NCBI RefSeq assembly: GCF_018977255.1 | Contig: NW_024704743.1 | Span: forward strand, 58,778,001-58,842,000 | Length of the DNA stretch: 64,000 nucleotides | Direction of reading: 5' to 3' | From: Callorhinchus milii | Lineage: Eukaryota | In this document: positions 28,471 to 40,000 of the stretch, piece by piece | How positions within the stretch are numbered: the first letter of the stretch is position 1 | Layout of the letters: each line of letters opens with the position of its first letter | Notes under the pieces: model-generated | Database searches by the model: none | What the model was told of the DNA's origin: nothing | The model's input: the letters and a program-made list of their open reading frames with translations, nothing else | Program-made: the position numbers and the translations under genes

Positions 28471-28828
28471 AATAATAATAATAATCTTTGCATTTGATAT
28501 AGTGCCTTATCAATCCTCGAGACGTCTCAAAGTGCTTCACAGAATATACTGTAAAGTGAATTGACTGTATTTGTGGGCAAAACGCAGAAGCCAATGGATT
28601 CAGTGACCAAATTATTATTACCTGTTTAATTAATTAATTTTTTTGAAGGGATTATTACCCCTGGAAAAGCGATTCAGCCATCGACTAACAACCGGGTTCC
28701 TATTTACCGCTATGTAAACAAAGGCGTGTGGAGTAAGGAAACTTACCCAACATTTCACCCTGCCGGGAATCGATCCAGATCTTCTTGCTTGCGAGGCGAT
28801 TGCTCTATTCACTGCACTACAGAACTTC
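28471..28828 (-). mobile_element. tRNA SINE, long form
   Basis: Reverse-complement tail, body, internal segment and head. Confidence 0.88.
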
Positions 28829-31800
28829 ATATTATACTTGGCTAGCATTTAAGTGCTAATGTTTTCCATAACAAATCTTTTGTATAATGACTAAATGAAA
28901 CAACTTTAGATTTTAGAATCAGCCTCTGATTTTAAAATTGATTTGGCAAAAGAAATGTAGGAATCGAATCAACTTTCTGTAGCGGTCTCAATAGTCCAGT
29001 GCTTGTGCGAGGTGGGACCTCAGTACTCCAAGATACTGCTGATGAGAGAGCAGCCAGACTGGCTCATCATGAGCAGACCAATCACTGGGAGCCAGGATTC
29101 TTCCCACTCAGCTCTGGACAACCTCATAAGAAAACAACCCTAATGGGTTCGCCGATTCTAGCTGGATAAGCTTAGTGTACATTACTCTCAATACAGTGCT
29201 CTCAATGGCAAGCGATGCTGGTTAAACTTCAACAATACTACAACGTACACTCTGGGATCCAACAACAAAAATTGCATTTAGATAGCACCTTTCACATTGG
29301 GAGAAAGTCCCAAAGTGTTGGGACATCCACAAGTCTTCGATTTTGGCTAATGCGCACCTAATAAGGATTTAGGGATGACAAGCCAACAAAAGGAACTACA
29401 CCCACGGATGATTACATAAATTAGAGAGGACATAGCTGAGGCACTAGCAAACATATTTAAGATTAAGTAGAGAAAAGAATCGTACTAGAAAACTAACTAG
29501 AGAGAGGTGAATGTAATTCTCATTTTTAAAAAATGGAGACAGAAGTAGTCCAGGAAGTTACCAGCCAGTGTAGTGTCTGTGGAGGGCAAAGTGTTGAAGT
29601 CTTTAATCAAGGATGAACTAACTGAATATCTCAAGGAGAGTATAATTCAAACAATAACAGCAATTTTTATAGCTCCCTTCACATCGGGAGTATGTTCCAA
29701 GGCATTGAACAGTCAAGTGTTTGCACCCGATCTGAGGGTTGGATTCAGGAGCGGTGGGGCCTAAGTGGATGGTGAGCAGGGAGGGGAAGTTGATTGAAGG
29801 CATAGTCAAAGAGCAAGGTCCTGAGATGGACCTTGAAGGAGATGAGTGAAGGGTTAAGGCGAATTGAACTCTAAGGTGGAGGCAGATAGGCTGAAAGCCC
29901 TATCCCCGATGGTAGGGTGGACAGGGCAGGGGATGTGAAGCAAGCCTACTGAGTGGAAGGAGCAGTCACATTAGTAGGCTTTAAGAAGGTCACAGAGGTA
30001 GAGTGAGGCAAGACAGTGGAGGGACTTAAAAGTGATCATGAGAATCTTAAACTGTTAGGACCACTGCTGTTCATGATGTTCGTAAATGGTTTGGAATCGG
30101 ATATAGTAAGTAAGGTGTTAAAATCTGCAGAATGACACCCAAATGGGGGCATGCCAAATAATAACAATAACTTGCACTTATATAGCGTTCTTCACTCGGG
30201 GCAACGTCTCGGAGCACTTAAATAAAGAGGATTGCAAAAGATGCAGGAAGACATGAACTGGTTTACAGAATTGTCGGATAAGTGTGCACTCCATTCCAGA
30301 CACAGAAAAATTTTAAGTGATGCACATACATGGAATTCTCAGTCAGGTTTGGATACTCTTAAGCATGGTCATGGGTTTCCACATGTGTAAGACACCCGGC
30401 TGACCAAAACAAAATATTTTGGTAGATATAAAATATATTTTCTTACAAGGAAGAGAAAGAAATAGTAAAAACTCCAACTGATATGACAATGTGATTAGCA
30501 TTTAACTATATTTTGACTTCAATTCACTCTCTCTTAACTTTAATTATCAAAACTTGTTTGTGAACTCCAGGGAGAAAATTCTGTACTTGCAAGCAATGAG
30601 TTGGTGGGGAGAATCTCCTTAAACTATCAAGGATATTGAACACCACTTAGATGATGAGTGAACCAGACACAACAGATGGTTAATCCTTATAGCATCAGGG
30701 AATCAGACAGCGTGAATGCTGTAACAAGACAAGCAGTGAATCAAATGATCTTGGTGGATAACCTCCTAGACCACAGTGAATTAGACACCATGGACAAAAC
30801 AAAGATGTGTGTTATAGAAGAATCAGGCTTTAGGCTTGGTTCTAACTTCACACGATTTGAAAATTGAAATCTGAACTTTTAACACATTTGTACGTGATTC
30901 AAAAACACATTCAGTATTTAACTATTTATTCTGTAATAATTGAGCCATTATATAAGGTGATAAAACAAATCTCCCTTTGCCAACTAGATCCTTTTTCAAG
31001 CATTGATGTACTAACATTCATTTTTTTTTTAAAAAAATCTGCTTTCAAACTTGTATCCCTCTTTGCTTTGCTGATTCAGGAATTGATTAAACTCCCAGAG
31101 GAAAACCTCTAAGCCTGTGATGAATGCTTTAACTGAGTCAGTATTTACTGCATTAGGTGGCAGTCTGTTCCATAAGTAAACTATTCTTTGTGTTACAATG
31201 TTATTACATAAATTAAGTTTGATTTGTTTATCTTATATTCCTCTCCTAGACTTCTTCTGTATAATTTGAACAAAATAACTTTATATATGCTTTTATCAAT
31301 GTAAGTATTTATATTATGTCCATCTAAGTCTTTTTTCTCAGTATCTGTTCATGTTCCAAATTCATTAGATCACTTTCATTAACTGTACAATTTTGTAGTG
31401 CTAAGAATCACAGCTGGACATAATATTTCACATTAGTTGTTCTAGTATGATGTTCTAGTGTCAGTCTCACTCACCTGGAATTGTGAACCCAACATTATTT
31501 TTGCTTTTACAGCTTCTGCCATTCATTGCAACAATATTTTCCATTTTAACAAGTAAAGAATATGTTAGGAAGACCTTTTTGCGCAAAGGGTGATCAATAT
31601 ATAAAACAATCTATTGGTAGGTAGAGACATTTGGGGCATCCAGAAAGAAACCACCAACCTCTTACACTAAAAAGTGCAAAGGGATGAGCTTCAGTGTGCT
31701 GAAAGAATGGCCTTTTCTCGGTCTTGACTGTTCTTATGTTCTTATTTTGTTACCAATGTGCCTAAAAATTCACTAATACATGATAAGTTGCCTCACAATT

Positions 31801-32860
31801 TATTTTTGAATGAATAACAATGCAAAAATCTGCTCAGTCCAGTGCACAATTGAGCAAGATTAATGGTTTCAATGTGTCGCTCATCCGACTACACATTTTG
31901 TGTTCAACTAATCTGTGACAGGGTTCTTTTTTATTAAAATGTATATAATTTTTTCAATGACAGTATGAACATTTCTGGGTCACCCTCATTGATTGCATGA
32001 AATCATTCAGGTTCCGATGAATCTGAGGCTTTGTGGAGGCTATGAATGCCTGCATTGTCAGGTATGTTAGTGATTTAATTCATTTCTTGTAGCTGCAGCT
32101 CAGCTCTGCTTCATCTTAAACCCATTGGTAAATAAATCAATGTCAAATTCTAAATCCAAAATGTAATACTGTCATGGCCTAATTGGTCTCACAAGTGACG
32201 GTTATTGAATTTTTTTCCGTTAATTCAGAATCTCAGTTACCAGTAGCTCATGAGTTCAAGTAGAATTAGTTGGTCAGTTCAATTTCACTAGAGGGTTGTG
32301 CGACTGATTGCATTGATTAAAATTTCACCCTCTGAGCTGAGCATTGCTGCAATGGTCTGGTGTGGGGGGAAGTGCCATCAGTGCTTATGGGATGTCATAG
32401 CAATAGAAATAGGATTTAATTCCACTGACATTTTATGACATGAATCTAGTAAATTAGCTTTGGGGCATCACTTTGGTTCTTGTCCCATCTGTGTACAATT
32501 TGCAGAACAGAATCTTGTTAATTAGGATTGGGTGAACTTGGGGTTGCCAATTGTGGCCTTCTAGAGGATAGCTGAGGATCCAGCCATTAGCTAACATTTT
32601 TTCGTGTATGAATATTACTGTGATGCAAATTACTAATGAGGTGTCAAAGATTATAACTGGTCCTATGAGGCACACGGATCAACATGCCATCCAGAGCATT
32701 TTCCTGGCACTTCCGATGAACTTAGAATGGCAACCATGGATTACTCAGAAGACATCCTCTCAGCAATTCTGTGGTTACGTGAAACACTGCAATCCACCAC
32801 ATGACTCCAGTCACTATATATTATCTTCCAAATAAATAATAATATTTGTATTCGGTAAAG

Positions 32861-33208
32861 TAATCCTTGCATATGATATAGTGGCTTACCACACCTTTGA
32901 GACCTCTCTAAGCACTTCATAGAATATACTGTAAAGTGAATTGACTATATTTTGTGGGCAAAATGGAGCAACCAATTGTGCACAGCAGTATCCCATAATC
33001 TTGGATTGAATGACCAAATAATTGTTATTTTTGTTTTTGAAGGGTTTATTACCCCCGGAAAATAATTCACCAATCAAATAACAACCTGGTTTCCACTTAA
33101 TGTCAGGTAAACAGAGGTTTGTGGAGTAAGAAAACTTGCCCTGCACAAGAATCGAACCCAGGTCCTCTCGCTTGCTAGTCAAGTGCTCTAACCAACATGC
33201 TACAAGTC
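32861..33208 (-). mobile_element. tRNA SINE, long form (more diverged)
   Basis: Same organisation as the other long-form copies; abuts an older Deu-type SINE at about 33210-33510. Confidence 0.85.
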
Positions 33209-34789
33209 CTGTCATGTCATCGAAACATCGCCAAGTGCTTTACAGGATTCTACTTTGTGAATTAACTGTAGGTAATTTGTGCACAGCAATGTCGCACAAC
33301 CAGTCATGAAGTGAATGACCAATTTTATTTGAGGGATTGTTGGCCAGGACACTGGGAGAAACTGCCTTCTTTTCTTTGCCATGGGTTCTTTAACATCCAC
33401 CTGTACAGACAAGCAGACTTCAGTTTAACAGCCCACCTGAAGGACAGCACTTCACCCCAGTAACGCAGCATACCCTCAGCTCTGCATTGGAGGGTCAGCC
33501 GAGATTATACAAGTCCAAAGTCCCGACATGTACAATTGGTGAGTTGTGTATTTGTTTGCATTTCTAGTGAATATTCACATAAAATAAGTACTGTGAGTGA
33601 CTAACCACTAATTTGTCTTAAATTGTTTTAGATTGGTAAGTGGGCTCCTGCCTCTCCATGGATACATTAATATAGACAGATTAATTCCTAAGTAAATTTG
33701 AAAAATATTGCAATACAGTTGATACTGCACAATTTAGGCCTGAATTCCCTGAGGTCTTAACTATGCAAATTGAGTGCCTATTTGACAGGGAAAATTCAGT
33801 GTGCAGGCAGGGTGGTTAAGGTAAACCAATTGCTTTTGAATATTTTAATTTTTTAACGTCTACTGCTTGTTCAGGTGCAGATCAAGCTTTAGATATTTTT
33901 CGTGGATTATTCCAATATGAATGGGCAAATTAAAGTCACAAAATATAGGCATGTATTTGTAAATTTTGGATGTAATCATTCAAAAGAACAACAGAATAAG
34001 AATAACATCCTGCTCATTTCAATAGTAAGTCTATCTCCTGTCACACTATCCCAGCTCTGTCCATCTGGAACTTGTCCATTCACTACACTTGGTGGCATCT
34101 TATTCGGTTCAATTTACAATTTTAAATGCAAAGCTGAATGTTAAATATTTTTTATCCTTTAACTATGACCATAATGGTGTGGAGGATACTTATCGACTGA
34201 AGCGGCACTATTATTATAATTATCATTAATGCCAGTGTGCTCATAAGATCCTGGACATAAATCCATCAACAATAAATAACAAATTGCATTTATCTAGTGG
34301 CTTTCATGTCAGAAGAACATCCCAAGGCATTGGACAGAGAAAGGTGAGGGATTGGAGTCAGGAATAGTTGAGGGCAAGGGGATCTTTAACGTTTTAAGGA
34401 AATGGTAAACCAAGGTCTTGTCTGCCTGTTTAGGTGGCCATTAAAGATCCCATGGCACTATTCAAAAAGAGAAGGGAATCTCTCCTGGTGTCCTGATCAA
34501 CAAAGCTATATCAAATGCAAGGAATATTATTATTGTTGTAATTACTATATAGTGTTCAGAAAATTGTCTTTGCAGAACACCCTCCCATGCCCCCATCACA
34601 TGACTGCATCAATCTGCTTTTTCAAATGAGTCCAGGGTTCCTGGTTGTTTGGTGCTGTGCAATGTTGTCAGATTGGGCAGGTTAACACCCAACTGGGCAT
34701 GTTTTTGTTGTACTGTGCGTGAAGAAAAAGGTTTTGAGTAGGTGTCCAATTCTAACATTTTTAATTTAAACCTGCAAACCATAGGAGAT

Positions 34790-36960
34790 GGAGACCAGTG
34801 AGGATCTTACAGGTCCAAGCCAGGAACCCCCAACTCACCTTGCCCTCATAGCGCTGGCCTACAGGATTCTCTCTGAAGCACATACCCTGTCAGTTTTTCA
34901 GAGTGCAATTGTGGATAGAAACCCTAGTGAGATCGAGAACAACAGAGGATCCCCACTGATTTCAGTGGCTTTTAAAATGGTGTTCCGGGTAGTCACTGCA
35001 TGTGTTTCACATGCATTGGAAGCTTGCGGTTTGATCAGGAATTTTTCTTACTCCAGGAAGGTTTTGTTTGAGATTGCAGAACGTGATAAGTCTGAGGGGA
35101 AATCAACTTTCATTGAATTCATCAACTTCTGCAAGGCTTTCGTCCTAGTATCTCTTGAGGCCCTCATGATGAAACCGGAAGCCATGAGAATAAATGGCGA
35201 AATCTTGGATTTCATCCGGAATATGTACTCCAGCTCCAAGATCCATGTAAGGGTTGACAGTGGGATTCGTTGAGCCCATCCGTTTGGAAATGGGGTAAGG
35301 CAAGGCTGCCCATTGTCACCCACTCTGTTCAATGTGTTCATCAACATGTGTTGGATAGCATCGAGGGGGCAAGACTTGATGTATCTGGCCTTTCTGACAG
35401 GATTGCAGCACTTCTGTTTGTGGATGATATTGTGCTGCTGGCAGACTCCCTGGGGACCTTATGAGCTGCTCCCGCCATCTTGAACACTGGGCCAACCGGT
35501 GGGACATGGTGCTGGGTGCCTCCAAGTGCGGACCATGGTTCTGCACAGCCCAAGGGAAGACATTGAGGGAAATGATTGAAAGATACAAGCGGCGTCAGTT
35601 GATTTCTAACTGTACCTCAGGATCATGGTGAACACCAATTTCAATCTGGACACTGTCCTGAAGGACCGGTCTGAGAAGGGGCAAAGGAAACTCTGGTCAT
35701 GATCATCCCTCTTCAAGGACAGCAATGTCCTAATGCAGGTCAAGCTTGTGGCAAACAAGACCTGTGTGCAAACAGTCTTCCTTTATGGATCTAAGCTCCT
35801 GGGGACTCAGTGTAGAGGCTTCCCCCAACACATGTACAAAGATCAGGATCAAGCAGTGAGGTGGATTTGTGGCAGACATGGGAAGTGGCTGCATGGGAGG
35901 GAGGGCTCAGGCCTACACTGACTTGTAGCTAAGCACCCTAGAGGTCGAGGCAGTTCACAGTGGGCACATCCATTTGCCAAGGCAAACAGTACCTAGATTA
36001 AGCAGCTGGTGCTGAGTAAGCCTGGTACACCACATTGGACTTGGACCTTGAGAACACCGTGGAGTCCTGTAGCTCAGTGGTTAGAGCACTCGCTTTGCAA
36101 GCAAGAGACCCGAGTTCAATTCCAAGCAGAGGGCGAAACCTTGGGCAAGTTTCCTTACTCCACACAGAGCCTAATAATAATCCCTCCAAAACCAAATAAT
36201 AATAATAAATTGGTCATTTTCAATCTACGTCTGTTTGTGGGACATTGCTGTGCGCAATTGGCTGCCGCGTTCACCCACAAATATAGTCAATTCACTTTAC
36301 AGTGTGTTCTGTGAAGCGCTTTGGGACATCCTCCCGATGTGAAAAGCGCTAAATCAAATGCAAGGATTATTATTATTATCAAGGTGGCTGGCACATCACA
36401 AGCTGTCCTGAAAACATCCTCCCAGCACACTGAAGGCAGGTGTCTGCCAGAGAGCGGATAGAGGAAACGCTGAGGTTTGGAGGGACAGCTGCTGAAAGGG
36501 TTACCTGGAGTCCATAAACACGTTAGTTCATCCAGTGTCTGGAATCACCACGATTGGCCCGCAGAGAGGCAAGCAGCTGTTGCTTAAACTCTGCATCTTT
36601 TCACCTGCAAATATACAGTCAATTCACTTTATAGTCCATTCTGTGAAGTGCTTTGAGACGTTGAGAAGACATGACAAGGGCTATATCAAATGCAAGGATT
36701 ATTATTATTATTTATTATTATCTGCAATGGGAAGGGATGTGTGCCCCAGCTGTGGACAGGAAGATGGTGACAATACTACCACACATTTCATGATGTTCTG
36801 TTTTGCCCACTGGGAAGCTCGCAGGGTGTTCCCAGTACCTACCATGCACCTAATGAGGGCTTATACGCCTGTTGGACTACTGAGCCTGGCACAGAGGACT
36901 GGCTCGAATCTGTTGCCAAATATGCCACCTTGGAGCTAGTAAGCTGTAAGGAAACCCCAC
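34790..36960 (+). mobile_element. Degenerate non-LTR retrotransposon ORF (RT plus C-terminal CCHC zinc knuckle; possibly RTE/RTEX-like), interrupted by SINEs
   Basis: FINFCKAF, GVRQGCPLSPTLFNVFIN, LLFVDDIVLL, FLYGSK and CPSC-x9-H-x4-C, with stops and frameshifts. Paralogous fragments at about 22689-22790 and 61594-61730. Confidence 0.8.
36059..36379 (+). mobile_element. Full-length young tRNA(Ala-like)-headed SINE, short form, with Deu-like 3' body and (ATT)n tail
   Basis: A box TAGCTCAGTGG, B box GTTCAATTCC, body TGTGGGACATTGCTGTGCGCAATTGGCTGCCGCG, tail AAATGCAAGGATTATTATT. Multiple copies in the window. Confidence 0.92.
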
Positions 36961-37023
36961 TTATCCTATCCCAGGATAAAAAAGGATAGTTGGCAAGCAA
37001 AGCTTGGGATGGGTTGGTTCGGG

Positions 37024-40000
37024 AGCTGAGCAGTGCTGAACAGGGCAGGGCTGAGCAGGGCAGGGCTGAGCAGGGCAGGGCTAAGCAGGGCAGGGGAGGG
37101 CTGGCAGTGCAGGGCAGGGCTGGCAGTGCAGGGCAGGGGAGGGCATTGCTGGTAGTGCAGGGCAGGGCTGGGGAGGGCTGGCAGGGCAGGGGAGGGCTGG
37201 CAGTGCAGGGCAGGGGAGGGCAATGCTGGCAGGGCAGGGGAGGGCAGGGCTGGCAGTGCAGGGCAGGGCAGGGCAGGGGAGGGCAGTGCTGGCAGGGCAG
37301 TGCAGGGCAGGGCTGGCAGTGCAGGGCTGGCAGTGCAGGGCTGGCAGTGCAGGGCAGGGCTGGCAGGGCAGGGCTGGCAGGGCAGTGCAGGGCTGGCAGT
37401 GCAGGGCAGGGCTGGCAGGGCAGGGCTGGCAGTGCAGGGCAGGGCTGGCAGGGCTGGCAGGGCAGGGCAGGGCTGGCAGTGCAGGGCAGGGCTGACAGGG
37501 CAGGGCTGGCAGTGCAGGGCAGGGCTGGCAGTGCAGGGCAGGGGAGGGCAGTGCTGGCAGTGCAGGGCAGGGCTGGGGAGGGCTGGCAGGGCAGGGGAGG
37601 GCTGGCAGTGCAGGGCAGGGGAGGGCAATGCTGGCAGGGCAGGGGAGGGCAGGGCTGGCAGTGCAGGGCAGGGGAGGGCAGGGCAGGGCAGGGGAGGGCA
37701 GTGCTGGCAGGGCAGTGCAGGGCAGGGCTGGCAGTGCAGGGCTGGCAGTGCAGGGCTGGCAGTGCAGGGCAGGGCTGGCAGGGCAGGGCTGGCAGGGCAG
37801 TGCAGGGCTGGCAGTGCAGGGCAGGGCTGGCAGGGCAGGCAGGGCAGGGCTGGCAGTGCAGGGCAGGGCAGGGCTGGCAGGGCTGGCAGGGCAGGGCAGG
37901 GCTGGCAGTGCAGGGCAGGGCTGACAGGGCAGGGCTGGCAGTGCAGGGCAGGGCTGGCAGGGCAGGGCTGGCAGTGCAGGGCCGGGCAGGGCTGGCAGTA
38001 CAGGGCAGGGCTGGCAGTGCAGGGCAGGGCTGGGCAGGGCAGGGCTGGGCTGGCAGGGCAGGGCAGGGCTAGGCAGTGCAGTGCAGTGCAGTGCAGGGCA
38101 GGGCAGGGCTGGCAGGGCAGGGCAGGGCAGGGCAGGGCTGGGCAGGGCTGGCAGGGCAGGGCTGGGCTGGCAGGGCAGGGCAGGGCAGGGCTGGCAGTGC
38201 AAGGCTGGCAGGGCAGGGCAGGGCTGGCAGTGCAGGGCAGGGCTGGCAGTGCAGGGCAGGGCAGGCAGTGCAGGGCTGGCAGGGCAGGGCTGGCAGGGCA
38301 GGGCAGGGCTGGCAGGGCAGGGCTGGCAGTGCAGGGCTGGCAGGGCAGGGCAGGGCAGGGCAGGGCAGGGCAGGGCAGGGCTGGCAGGGCAGGGCAGGGC
38401 TGGGCTGGGCTGGCAGGGCAGGGCAGGGCTGGCAGTGCAAGGCTGGCAGGGCAGGGCAGGGCTGGCAATGCAGGGCAGGGCAGGGCTGGCAGTGCAGGGC
38501 AGGGCAGGCAGGGCAGGCAGGGCAGGGCAGGGCAGGGCAGGGCAGGGCAGGGCTGGCAGGGCAGGGCTGGCAGTGCAGGGCAGGGCAGGGCTGGCAGTGC
38601 AGGGCAGGGCTGGCAGTGCAGGGCAGGCAGGGCAGGGCTGGCAGGGCAGGGCTGGCAGTGTGTGGTGCAGGGCTGGCAGGGCAGGGCTGGCAGGGCTGGC
38701 AGGGCAGGGCAGGGCAGGGCTGGCAGGGCAGGGCTGGCAGGGCAGGGCAGGGCTGGCAGTGCAGGGCAGGGCAGGGCAGTGCAGGGCAGGGCTGGCAGGG
38801 CAGGCAGGGCTGGCAGAGCAGGGCAGGGCTGGCAGGGCTGGCAGGGCAGGGCAGGGCAGGGCAGGGCTGGGCAGGGCAGGGCAGGGCTGGCAGGGCAGGG
38901 CAGGGCAGGGCAGGGCTGGCAGGGCAGGGCAGGGCTGGGCTGGCAGGGCAGGGCAGGGCTGGCAGGGCAGGGCTGGCAGGGCAGGGCAGGGCAGGCCGTG
39001 CAGGGCTGGCAGGGCAGGGCAGGGCTGGCAGGGCAGGGCTGGCAGGGCAGGGCTGGCAGGGCAGGGCTGGCAGTGTGTGGTGCAGGGCAGGGCAGGGCAG
39101 GGCTGGCAGGGCAGGGCTGGCAGGGCAGGGCAGGGCTGGCAGGGCAGGGCTGGCAGGGCAGGGCAGGGCTGGCAGGGCAGGGCTGGCAGGGCAGGGCTGG
39201 CAGGGCAGGGCTGGCAGGGCAGGGCAGGGCTGGCAGGGCAGGGCAGGCAGGGCAGGGCAGGGCTGGCAGGGCAAGGCTGGCAGGGCTGGGCAGGGCAGGG
39301 CAGGCAGTGCAGTGCAGTGCAGGGCAGGGCAGGGCTGGCAGGGCAGGGCAGGGCAGGGCAGGGCAGGGCAGGGCTGGGCAGGGCTGGCAGGGCAGGGCTG
39401 GGCTGGCAGGGCAGGACTGGCAGTGCAAGGCTGGCAGGGCAGGGCAGGGCTGGCAGTGCAGGGCAGGGCAGGGCTGGCAGTGCAGGGCAGGGCAGGCAGT
39501 GCAGGGCTGGCAGGGCAGGGCAGGGCTGGCAGGGCAGGGCTGGCAGGGCAGGGCTGGCAGTGCAGGGCTGGCAGGGCAGGGCAGGGCTGGGCAGGGCTGG
39601 CAGGGCAGGGCAGGGCAGGGCAGGGCTGGGCTGGCAGGGCAGGCTGGCAGTGCAAGGCTGGCAGGGCAGGGCAGGGCTGGCAGTGCAGGGCAGGGCAGGG
39701 CTGGCAGTGCAGGGCAGGGCAGGCAGTGCAGGGCTGGCAGGGCAGGGCAGGGCTGGCAGGGCAGGCAGGGCAGGGCTGGCAGGGCAGGACTGGCAGTGCA
39801 GGGCAGGGCTGGCAGTGCAGGGCAGGCAGGGCAGGGCTGGCAGGGCAGGGCTGGCAGTGCAGGGCTGGCAGGGCTGGCAGGGCAGGGCTGGCAGGGCAGG
39901 GCTGGCAGGGCAGGGCTGGCAGGGCAGGGCAGGGCTGGCAGGGCAGGGCAGGGCAGGGCAGGGCAGGGCAGGGCAGGGCAGGGCAGGGCAGGGCAGGCAG

